Source: Rubrivivax sp. (lineage in GTDB: Bacteria > Pseudomonadota > Gammaproteobacteria > Burkholderiales > Burkholderiaceae_C). Taken from it: a stretch of 64,000 nt of DNA. The notes under the pieces are model-generated. The model was not told the origin of the DNA. It searched no databases and saw only the letters and a list, made by a program, of their open reading frames with translations. The DNA lies in assembly GCA_030680415.1 (NCBI GenBank), contig JAUXVE010000066.1, forward strand, positions 30,899-94,898, given 5' to 3'. Shown piece by piece: positions 1 through 10,059 of this stretch (within the stretch, counting starts at the first letter, position 1; the number at the start of each line of letters is the position of its first letter). Position numbers and translations under genes: made by a program.

Positions 1-1
1 G

Positions 2-607
2 GCGAATGCCTTGCTCAAGACACTGGAAGAACCGCCGGCGGGCACGCGGCTGGTGCTGACCGCCGGCGACCCGGCGCTGCTGCTGCCCACGGTGCGCAGC
101 CGCTGCCAGCGCCTGCGCCTGGCTGCCCCCGCGCCCGAGGTGGCGGCCCGCTGGCTGCTGGCGCAGGGTGTGGCGCAGCCGGAGGTGTTGCTGGCGGCCA
201 GCAGTGGCCGCCCGCTCGACGCACTGGCTCTGGCCCAGGCCGGCATCGACGCCGAGGCCTGGTCGGCGCTGCCGGCTGCCGTGGCCGGTGGCCGCGCCGC
301 GGCGCTGGCCGGCTGGCCGGTGCCGCAAGTCGTGGACGCGTTGCAGAAGCTGTGCCATGACGCCATGGCCCGCGCGTGTGGCGGCCCGGCGCTGTACTTT
401 CCGACCGATCGCGTGCCCGCCGGCAGCAGTGGGCCAGCGCTGGCGTCGTGGTCGCGTGAGCTCGCGCGCATCGCCCGCCAGGAAGACCACCCCTGGCAGG
501 AAGCGCTGATGATCGATGCGCTGGTGTCGCTGGGCCGGCTTGCGCTGGCAGCGGCCGCGCAACGCAGCGCTGCGCCGCGGCGGAGCTTCGTTACACTTGA
601 GCCATGA
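2..607 (+). CDS. holB: DNA polymerase III delta' subunit, 5'-truncated by window edge
   Basis: Reads ANALLKTLEEP...LLPTVRSRCQ (clamp-loader signature) from base 2; followed by pilZ and tatD, the usual proteobacterial synteny. Confidence 0.88.
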   Translation, partial: ANALLKTLEEPPAGTRLVLTAGDPALLLPTVRSRCQRLRLAAPAPEVAARWLLAQGVAQPEVLLAASSGRPLDALALAQAGIDAEAWSALPAAVAGGRAAALAGWPVPQVVDALQKLCHDAMARACGGPALYFPTDRVPAGSSGPALASWSRELARIARQEDHPWQEALMIDALVSLGRLALAAAAQRSAAPRRSFVTLEP

Positions 608-1005
608 GCGAATCCCCGCTGACACGGTCGGGAGGTCTCGGCCCGGCGCTGGTGCCGGGCGGGGCCGCGCGGCCGAGCGTGATCCAGCTCGTGTTCCGCG
701 AAAAGGGCGCGCTGTACGCTGCATACATTCCATTGCTGACCGACGGCGGGCTGTTCGTGCCGACGACGCGCGAGTACCGGCTCGGCGACGACATCTACCT
801 GCTGCTGTCACTGCCCGACGACCCGCAGCGCTTTCCGGTCGCCGGCAAGGTGGCGTGGATCACGCCGGCGAACGCCTCCGGCGGCCGCACCCAGGGCGTG
901 GGTGTGCGCTTCCCCAACGACGAGAAGTCGCGCCAGGTCAAGCTGAAGATCGAGGAAGCGCTGGGCACGAGCATCTCGTCGGCCAAGCCGACGCAGACAC
1001 TCTGA
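604..1005 (+). CDS. pilZ: Type IV pilus assembly PilZ-domain protein
   Basis: LYAAYIPLLTDGGLFVPT...VAGKVAWITP...QGVGVRF matches the PilZ family; start overlaps the holB stop (ATGA). Confidence 0.88.
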   Translation: MSESPLTRSGGLGPALVPGGAARPSVIQLVFREKGALYAAYIPLLTDGGLFVPTTREYRLGDDIYLLLSLPDDPQRFPVAGKVAWITPANASGGRTQGVGVRFPNDEKSRQVKLKIEEALGTSISSAKPTQTL

Positions 1006-1042
1006 GACCGGGCTTGAGGCCGGGGGGCCGTACAGTCGCTGC

Positions 1043-1837
1043 ATGTACGTCGACTCGCATTGCCACCTCAGCTTGCCTGAACTGCACGACCGCATTGCCG
1101 AGTTGCGGCGCGAGATGGCGGCCGCCCAGGTCGACCGCGCGCTGTGCATCTGCACCACGCTGGAGGAGTTCGAGCGTGTGCATGCACTGGCCATGGCGCA
1201 CGACAACTTCTGGTGCACGGTGGGCGTGCACCCCGACAACGAAGGGGTGCAGGAGCCCGCCGTCGACGATCTCGTCTCGCGCGCGCGCCTGCCGCGCGTG
1301 GTGGCGCTGGGCGAGACCGGGCTCGACTACTACCGCCTGAACGGCCGCAGCGTAGAACAGATGGCATGGCAGCGCGAGCGTTTCCGCGTCCACATCCGGG
1401 CCGCACGCGCCAGCGGGCTGCCACTGGTGGTGCACACGCGCAGCGCCAGCCAGGACACCGTGGCGCTGTTGCGCGAAGAGGGGCAGGGCACCGTGCGCGG
1501 GGTGTTCCACTGCTTCACCGAAACGCGCGAGGTGGCCAGGCAGGCGCTGGAACTCGGATTCGACATCTCGTTTTCAGGCATCCTGACCTTCCGCAGCGCA
1601 GAGGAGTTGCGCGAGGTGGCGCGCTTCGTGCCGCTGGATCGCTGCCTGATCGAAACCGACAGCCCCTACCTGGCGCCCATGCCTTACCGCGGCAAGACCA
1701 ATCACCCGGCGCTGGTGCCTTACGTGGCAGCCGGGCTGGCCGAGGTCAAGGGCTTGCCGGTGGCCGATGTCGCGCGTGCCACGAGCGCCAATTTCGAGCG
1801 TCTGTTCGGCCTGCCGGCGCTCTGCGAGGAATCCTGA
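1043..1837 (+). CDS. tatD: TatD-family metal-dependent hydrolase/DNase
   Basis: Motifs DSHCHL, GVHP, GETGLDYY, VVHTR, HCF, ETDSPYLAP. Confidence 0.92.
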   Translation: MYVDSHCHLSLPELHDRIAELRREMAAAQVDRALCICTTLEEFERVHALAMAHDNFWCTVGVHPDNEGVQEPAVDDLVSRARLPRVVALGETGLDYYRLNGRSVEQMAWQRERFRVHIRAARASGLPLVVHTRSASQDTVALLREEGQGTVRGVFHCFTETREVARQALELGFDISFSGILTFRSAEELREVARFVPLDRCLIETDSPYLAPMPYRGKTNHPALVPYVAAGLAEVKGLPVADVARATSANFERLFGLPALCEES

Positions 1838-1841
1838 GGAC

Positions 1842-2477
1842 ATGAAGTATTACTTTAGATTCGTGTTCTATCTTGTTTTGGCATTTGGGATTTCTTCTTC
1901 AATTGCCGGCTCCTACGAGGACTACTTCCGTGCTCTCGAGGTTGACGATGCGGGCACGGTGTCAGGGTTGCTCGAACGCGGCTTCGATCCCAACGCGCCC
2001 GACGAGAACGGCCAGGTCGGCCTGTACCTGGCGCTGCGCGACGGCGCCTTGAAGGTGGCGGCGACGCTGCTCGCACACCCAGAACTCAAGGTCGACGCCG
2101 TCAACGCGGCCGACGAGACGCCGCTGATGATGGCTGCGCTGCGCGGCAACCGGGAGTGGACGCAGCGGCTGCTCGACCGTGGCGCGCAGCTCAACCGCAG
2201 CGGCTGGACGCCATTGCACTACGCCGCCAGCGGCCCCGAGCCGAAGCTGCTGACGCTGCTGCTGGACCGCGGCGCGCTGATCGAGGCGGCCTCGCCCAAC
2301 CGCACGACGCCACTGATGATGGCCGCACGCTATGGCGCGCCGGGCGCCGCCGAAGCGCTGCTGGCGCGTGGCGCCGACCCGCGGGCACGCAACGATCTCG
2401 GTCTGACGGCGGCGGATTTCGCACGTCAGGCTGGCCGCGAGGCACTGGCCGCCAGCTTGCAGGCAGCGGGCCGCTGA
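1842..2477 (+). CDS. Exported ankyrin-repeat protein
   Basis: Hydrophobic N-terminus (MKYYFRFVFYLVLAFGISSSIA) then repeated TPLMMAA / TPLHYAA ankyrin motifs. ATG at 1842 preferred over the ORF-track start at 1767. Confidence 0.85.
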   Translation: MKYYFRFVFYLVLAFGISSSIAGSYEDYFRALEVDDAGTVSGLLERGFDPNAPDENGQVGLYLALRDGALKVAATLLAHPELKVDAVNAADETPLMMAALRGNREWTQRLLDRGAQLNRSGWTPLHYAASGPEPKLLTLLLDRGALIEAASPNRTTPLMMAARYGAPGAAEALLARGADPRARNDLGLTAADFARQAGREALAASLQAAGR

Positions 2478-2496
2478 GGCGGGATGGGAGCGATCC

Positions 2497-2561
2497 GTGT
2501 CGGAAGTCGTCCGACACTCCGATTGGCGCGGCGCCGACTTGGCCGGCGATCAGTCGGCGCC
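2497..2561. other. Two tandem inverted repeats (hairpins) in an intergenic leader
   Basis: GTGTCGGA-agtcg-TCCGACAC (2497-2517) and GGCGCCGACT-N12-AGTCGGCGCC (2530-2561); no U-tract. Confidence 0.45.
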
Positions 2562-2609
2562 TAGAGTTGCCGATAAGGGCGTTGCATCCCCAACCCCAGG
2601 AGTATGGAA

Positions 2610-2819
2610 ATGGCCCAGTCGACTGCGCAGCACAATCCGTTCATGCTGATGATCAACCCGGAGGTGGTGTTTGCCGCCATGGAAAAATCAGAGCGGCTGG
2701 GGCAGCTCAACCGGCACCTGTGCCGCCCGCTGGACCGTATCTCGCCCACGGACGCCGGCATCCCGCCAGCCGTCGTCGATGACGAGGATGCGGAGCCGAA
2801 CGGGGATTCGCTGGCCTGA
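2610..2819 (+). CDS. Small hypothetical protein (about 69 aa)
   Basis: AGGAG RBS at 2598-2602 before ATG 2610 (alternative start 2604); protein-like sequence with an acidic tail; no family recognised. Confidence 0.55.
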   Translation: MAQSTAQHNPFMLMINPEVVFAAMEKSERLGQLNRHLCRPLDRISPTDAGIPPAVVDDEDAEPNGDSLA

Positions 2820-2928
2820 CGCGGCCAGCGGCGGTGCGCGGCTTGCGTGGCCGCACCCACGGTGAAGCGTGACTCTCAGCGGTGCACCGGCTGAAGTCCC
2901 ATCGCCACCGATCTGCCCATCACTATTT

Positions 2929-2956
2929 ATTGTGCACAATGTATATTATGTTAACT
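2929..2956 (+). other. dif: Probable chromosomal dif site (XerC/XerD recombination site)
   Basis: ATTGTGCACAA-TGTATA-TTATGTTAACT. Spacer identical to E. coli dif and XerD arm matches TTATGTTAAAT at 10/11. AT-rich patch between convergent genes. Confidence 0.75.
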
Positions 2957-3046
2957 TGCGAGTACGCTAGCGCCTGAGGAGTGAGCTGGCGACCCGCTCG
3001 CCCCGCCGCAGGATCGAGCGTGCAGCCTGCGTTCAGCGGACCCCGC

Positions 3047-5779
3047 TCAACCGGCCCGACGGTCGGCGCCCGGGTTGCCAGCGCCAGCCGCCGGCTGGCC
3101 CGCCACGCCGCCGATGGGCCCGCGTTGGCGCAAGGCGGCCAAGACGACGCCCAAGCGCTGGCGTTGCAGCACATCGAGCCCACGACGGCCGAGCAGCGCC
3201 GCCAGCACAAACTCAGGCGTCGAGGGTGTCGCCGTGGTCGGCCGGCGGCCTTCCATCGCCGCCTTCATCGCCTGCAGCTTCAGCAGCCGCCGCGCCGCGT
3301 CGAACGCGGCCGGCGATTGCAGGCCCCAAGCGGCCTCTGCCTGAAGCAGCAACTCGTCGGTGCCCAGCGCGCCCGGCGCCTTGCCGGCCGCGGCAACGCC
3401 GGACAGTCCGGCGCGTGCAGCCAAGGCCTGCTCCCACGGCGCCGGCAGTGCCGGTACTGCCGACCAGCGCTCAGTGAGCACAGCGCGTGCGTCGGCCGGG
3501 TCGGCGCCGGATTCCAGTTCCTCGCACAACGCGAGCTTGGCAGCCAGCGCGTCGCACGTGGCGTGCCAGCGGCGCTGCGCGCTGCTGCCCAAGTACTGGA
3601 CCGCCGCTTCGCGCGCATTGCGGAACCGCGCATCGAGCGCTGCCGCGTCGCTGCGAGGCGCCGGCCCCGCACGCTGCCACGCGGCATCGACCTCGGCCAG
3701 TGCGCGCTTGAGCTCGGCCGGCGCCGTGTCGGCGGACAAGGCCTCCAGGCGTCCGATCAAGGCCAGGCGCTCGGCGCCGTGAGCCCTGAACTCGGCGTCG
3801 CGGGCGCTGAAGACCGCGTCACGGGCGCTGAAGATCGCGTCGATCGCGGTCTTGAATTCCGCCCACAGCGCGTTCTCGTCGCCGCGCGCCAGCGGCAGGG
3901 CCCTGGCCTGCTGCTGCCAATCGGCCTGCAGTTCGCGTACGCGGTCGACCAGTTCGCGGCCCTGGCCACCGGCCAGCGCCTCGGCACCCAGCGCGCTGGC
4001 GCGGGCGATGAGTCGCTCACGCGCGACCCGGGCGCCGCGTCGGGCTTCTTGAAGCGGTGATTCGAGCCGCGCCACCGCGGCGTGCATGCGTTCGACCAGC
4101 TTGTCCTGCGCCTTGTGAGGCACGGTGTGCTCGAGCGGCCCGAGCTTGCGCCACTCGGTCCGGAAGTGATCGAGCGCGCCGGCCAGCTTCCTCCAGTCGG
4201 GCGTCGCATCCCCACCGTCCACCTCGGGCAGTACAAGCATGTCCAGGGCCGCGATGAGCTGTTGCCGCGACTGCAGGTTCTGCTCGCGTGCCGCCCGCTG
4301 TGCCGCCACGTGCGCGGCCACGGGCTGGTATGCCGCCTTGAGTGCCGCTTCGAAGCGCTGCCACAGCGAGCGGCTGGTGGCGCCGCCCAGGCGGTCGAGC
4401 TCCTTCCAGCGCGCGCGCATGTCGTCGATGACTTCGGCCTGTTGTCGCGTCGTCAGCTTCACGGTGCGGGCATCGCCTGGGCTGTTCGTCGCCGCGGCCA
4501 GGGCCTCGGCCTGCAGCACGAGTTCGTCGCGTGCGCGGCCGCCGCCCCAGTGCTGCCAGCCCTTGAGCTGCGCGTAGCCGGCCTGCAGCGCGTCGATGCG
4601 CGCCCGCAGCGTGCCGGCCGACGCGCCGCCGTGCAGCCACTCGTCGATCTCGACCAGGTGTTTGTGGGTATCGGCCAGATGCCCGTCGGCCAGCGCGACT
4701 TCGGCCCGTTCCAGGACGCTGGCCAGGGTCTCGATGCGCTCGTTGCGCGCCGCATGCTGCCGCGCCCTGGCTTGATCGCGCCGCTGCGCCTTGCGCGCCT
4801 GGCGCGCATCCTCCTGGGCCTGCTGCCATTGCTCGAAGCGCCGGTTCAGCAAATCGCCGAGCCGGGCATCGGCCAGCGGCGCAAGCTGCTGCCAGCGCAG
4901 TGCAGCGTCCTGCCGTGGTGCAGCGCGACCGGCCGGGTCGCCGGGCGGATCCGCGTCGGTGGACGCCACCGGCTCGTCCACCGAGGAGGCCTGCAGCAAC
5001 TCGTCGAGAACGGCCAGACGCTCGTCGAGCTGGGCCCAGGTCTGCAGCGCGCCGGCCAGGGCGTCGCGCAGCACAGCGCTGTCATCGCCCGCCGCTGCGC
5101 CGTCGCCGGCCTGGCGCGCCGCAGCGCTGGCCGCGGCCAGGCCGCTGCGGCCATGCGTGCCCGCGGCGGCCTCGAAGCAGGCGGCCTGCAGGCCGGACAG
5201 CGCGAGCTGCGCCTGCGCTGTCCAACGCTTGCGCTTCAGCGCCTCGTCGGCACGCTCGCGCGTCAGCGTCGACAGCTGCGTCAGCAGGGTCTCGAACTCG
5301 ACCCGCTGTGCGGCGTCGAGCGCGCCTGCGTCCAGGGCCTGCCATGCGCGGTCGAGCTCCACCAGGCGGTTGACGGCGAGCAGCGGCTCATCGAGCAGCG
5401 CCTTGGCAGCCTCGATCAAGCGGGCCGCTTTCTCGCCGGTTTCGCGCAGCGCCACCAGCACCCCGAGGCGCTGCTTGGCCAGGCGGTGAACGCGGCGGTC
5501 ATGGTCGCGGAATTCGCGCTCGGCCAGCTTCAGCGCCGCCTCGGTGGCGAGCGCGCCGACGGCAGCCAGTTTCACGTCCAGCGGCGCACCCGCGAGCGCC
5601 AGCGTCAGCAGCGCGGTGTCGTCGCCCATGGCCGCTTGCAGCTTCAGCGACCAATCGCCGAACGCTGGCACGGCCCCACCGCCCTTCGCGGCGGCGCCGG
5701 TCGTGGCCGTCGTCCCCGCGGCACTTGCCGAGGTGTCGGCGGCGAGCGCCTCGTCATTCTTGAAGATCCAGCCGATCAT
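3047..5779 (-). CDS. Long alpha-helical repeat protein, probably DUF349 family
   Basis: 910 aa from MIGWIFK; repeated W-x-x-L/A-G-P helical blocks (RARWKELDRLG, RTEWRKLGPL, DAAWQRAGPA). The ORF-track extension to 6316 overlaps the WYL gene and was rejected. Confidence 0.65.
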   Translation of the reverse strand: MIGWIFKNDEALAADTSASAAGTTATTGAAAKGGGAVPAFGDWSLKLQAAMGDDTALLTLALAGAPLDVKLAAVGALATEAALKLAEREFRDHDRRVHRLAKQRLGVLVALRETGEKAARLIEAAKALLDEPLLAVNRLVELDRAWQALDAGALDAAQRVEFETLLTQLSTLTRERADEALKRKRWTAQAQLALSGLQAACFEAAAGTHGRSGLAAASAAARQAGDGAAAGDDSAVLRDALAGALQTWAQLDERLAVLDELLQASSVDEPVASTDADPPGDPAGRAAPRQDAALRWQQLAPLADARLGDLLNRRFEQWQQAQEDARQARKAQRRDQARARQHAARNERIETLASVLERAEVALADGHLADTHKHLVEIDEWLHGGASAGTLRARIDALQAGYAQLKGWQHWGGGRARDELVLQAEALAAATNSPGDARTVKLTTRQQAEVIDDMRARWKELDRLGGATSRSLWQRFEAALKAAYQPVAAHVAAQRAAREQNLQSRQQLIAALDMLVLPEVDGGDATPDWRKLAGALDHFRTEWRKLGPLEHTVPHKAQDKLVERMHAAVARLESPLQEARRGARVARERLIARASALGAEALAGGQGRELVDRVRELQADWQQQARALPLARGDENALWAEFKTAIDAIFSARDAVFSARDAEFRAHGAERLALIGRLEALSADTAPAELKRALAEVDAAWQRAGPAPRSDAAALDARFRNAREAAVQYLGSSAQRRWHATCDALAAKLALCEELESGADPADARAVLTERWSAVPALPAPWEQALAARAGLSGVAAAGKAPGALGTDELLLQAEAAWGLQSPAAFDAARRLLKLQAMKAAMEGRRPTTATPSTPEFVLAALLGRRGLDVLQRQRLGVVLAALRQRGPIGGVAGQPAAGAGNPGADRRAG

Positions 5780-5922
5780 GTTCAGGTGCAGGCTCGAGTG
5801 ATGGGGAACGGAGCCCGCATTGTGCGGGGAAGACCGAGATGCACCTTTCACTGCGTGCAGCGAGTCAGTTGACTCCCGGCGTGGCGTGTTGGTCGTGTCA
5901 GGAGTCGATCGTCGCCCCGGCA

Positions 5923-6900
5923 TCATGCGTAGAGCGCCGCCGCCGCCTGCAGCCGCGCACGCACCGCAGCCACCAGCGCCGGCGGTGCCAGCACCCTCAC
6001 CTGCTCGCCCTGGCGCAGCACGTCCATCACCAGTTCGGTGTCGTCGACGTAGGGCAGGCGCAGCTCGTAGCGTCCGTCGCCCAGCCAGCGGCCCTGCTGC
6101 TCGGGGTGCCATTCCTCCCGGCTGGCCCACGGCGCAGCGCGGGCGTCGAAGGCCAGCACGGCCCAGCGCCGCCGGCCGCCGGCATAGATGCCGTAGCCGG
6201 CGTCCATCCGGGCCTGCACCTCGGCCAGCGGCACGTCGTCGGCCGCGTCGTCGAGCACCGTCGCCGCCTCCATCGCATCCAGCGCGAAGCGCCGCAGCGC
6301 ATGGGCGCGGTGGCACCAGGCGTCCAGGTACCAGGTGTTGCGGTAGTGCACCAGGCGCTGCGGCGAAACGTCGCGCTCGCTGAGCTCGCTGCGGCCGCGC
6401 GTGAGGTAGCGGAGGTGCAGCCTGCGCCGTGCCAGCAGCGCGGCGCTGACACGCTCGAAGAACTGGCTCGGCACCGGGCGCCGCAGCGCCGTGACGACCT
6501 TCACGCGCTGCATCAGCGTTGCCGCCGCCGCACCCTCACCGCTGCCCAGCAGCTGGTGGATGCGTCCGAGCAGGGGCTGCAGGTGGCGGCTGAGCAGGCC
6601 GTCGCCGCCCAGGCTGCTCAACAGCTGGTTGGCCATCAGCAGCGAATACAGCTCGGCCTCGTCGAACCACAGCCCCGGCAGTTCGTGCCGGCCGCCGGCA
6701 TGGGCAGAGCCGAAGCGGTAGGCGTTGAGGTCGCGGTCGTATTCGATTGGCGCGCCCAGGCGGCTGCGCAGAAACTCGAGGTCACGCTTGAGCGTGGCCG
6801 GCGAGACCTCGAGCTCGGCCAGCAGGGCCGCAAAGCTGACGTGCCCGCGCGAGCGGATCAGCGTCTCGATGCGGCACAGGCGCGCGGTGTTGTTGGCCAT
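5923..6900 (-). CDS. WYL-domain transcriptional regulator (wHTH + WYL + WCX; PafB/C-like)
   Basis: N-terminal LLAELEVSPATLKRDLEFLR helix-turn-helix; VSPQRLVHYRNTWYLDAWCH...LRRFALD WYL motif. Confidence 0.9.
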   Translation of the reverse strand: MANNTARLCRIETLIRSRGHVSFAALLAELEVSPATLKRDLEFLRSRLGAPIEYDRDLNAYRFGSAHAGGRHELPGLWFDEAELYSLLMANQLLSSLGGDGLLSRHLQPLLGRIHQLLGSGEGAAAATLMQRVKVVTALRRPVPSQFFERVSAALLARRRLHLRYLTRGRSELSERDVSPQRLVHYRNTWYLDAWCHRAHALRRFALDAMEAATVLDDAADDVPLAEVQARMDAGYGIYAGGRRRWAVLAFDARAAPWASREEWHPEQQGRWLGDGRYELRLPYVDDTELVMDVLRQGEQVRVLAPPALVAAVRARLQAAAALYA

Positions 6901-6937
6901 CTGCGCGGGCTCTCCGAGAGCGTGAGGCCCTTGAGCC

Positions 6938-9374
<2,437 letters not shown>

Positions 9375-9443
9375 CTGAAGAGCCACACTGCCACGCCTGC
9401 AACAGCGCGTGGCCTGCAGCGCGCCTGCGGCGGGGCGAAGGGC

Positions 9444-9457
9444 TTGACCCAGATCAA
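9444..9457. promoter_or_regulatory. FNR/CRP-family (AcpR/AadR-like) box upstream of hcrC
   Basis: TTGACCCAGATCAA versus consensus TTGAT-N4-ATCAA (1 mismatch); possible -10 CAGAAT at 9480-9485. Confidence 0.7.
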
Positions 9458-9465
9458 TTCTTTTA

Positions 9466-9481
9466 TGGTATTGCGGTACCA
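9466..9481. promoter_or_regulatory. Putative operator TGGTA-N6-TACCA, shared with 63745-63760
   Basis: TGGTATTGCGGTACCA; the core GGTATTGYGGTACC recurs upstream of the bcr remnant operon. Confidence 0.5.
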
Positions 9482-9588
9482 GAATAGCGATTCAGGACGT
9501 GAGCCATGCGTCCCGACCGTGCGAACAGGCCGTTCCGGCGCTCCGCCGCGCAGGGGTCGAACGGCGCCGCCCCGAGGAACACGACACC

Positions 9589-10059
9589 GTGAACAAGCGC
9601 CTGCTGACCCTGACCGTCAACGAACGCGTCGAGCAACATGCGGTGGCCGACAACGCATTGCTGCTGGACGTGCTGCGCGACACGCTGGGCCTGACCGGCA
9701 CCATGCAGGGCTGCGACGGCGGCGAATGCGGCGCCTGCACGGTGCTCGTCGACGACCAGCCGCAGCTGGCCTGCCTGACGCTCGCCGCCACCTGCGCCGG
9801 GCGGCGCATCGAGACCATTGAACACCTCACGCGCAACGGCCGCATGAGCCTCTTGCAGCAAGCCTTTCACGAGCACCTGGGCACCCAGTGCGGCTACTGC
9901 ACGCCGGGCATGGTGATGGCCGCCGAGGCGCTGCTGCGCCGCGTGCCGCAGCCCAGCGACGCGCAGATCCGCGACGGGCTGGCGGGCAACCTGTGCCGCT
10001 GCACCGGCTACGTGAAGATCATCGAGTCCGTGCGCGCGGCGGCGGGAGTGGCGCGATGA
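9589..10059 (+). CDS. hcrC: 4-hydroxybenzoyl-CoA reductase gamma subunit (2x[2Fe-2S])
   Basis: GCDGGECGACT and QCGYCTPG...NLCRCTGY clusters; GAGGA before GTG 9589; first gene of a C-A-B operon. Confidence 0.85.
   Translation: MNKRLLTLTVNERVEQHAVADNALLLDVLRDTLGLTGTMQGCDGGECGACTVLVDDQPQLACLTLAATCAGRRIETIEHLTRNGRMSLLQQAFHEHLGTQCGYCTPGMVMAAEALLRRVPQPSDAQIRDGLAGNLCRCTGYVKIIESVRAAAGVAR

Noticed and set aside
5780-6316. N-terminal extension giving a 1089-aa version of the DUF349-like ORF
   Set aside because: It overlaps the WYL gene and reads as low-complexity junk; the protein-like sequence starts at 5779.
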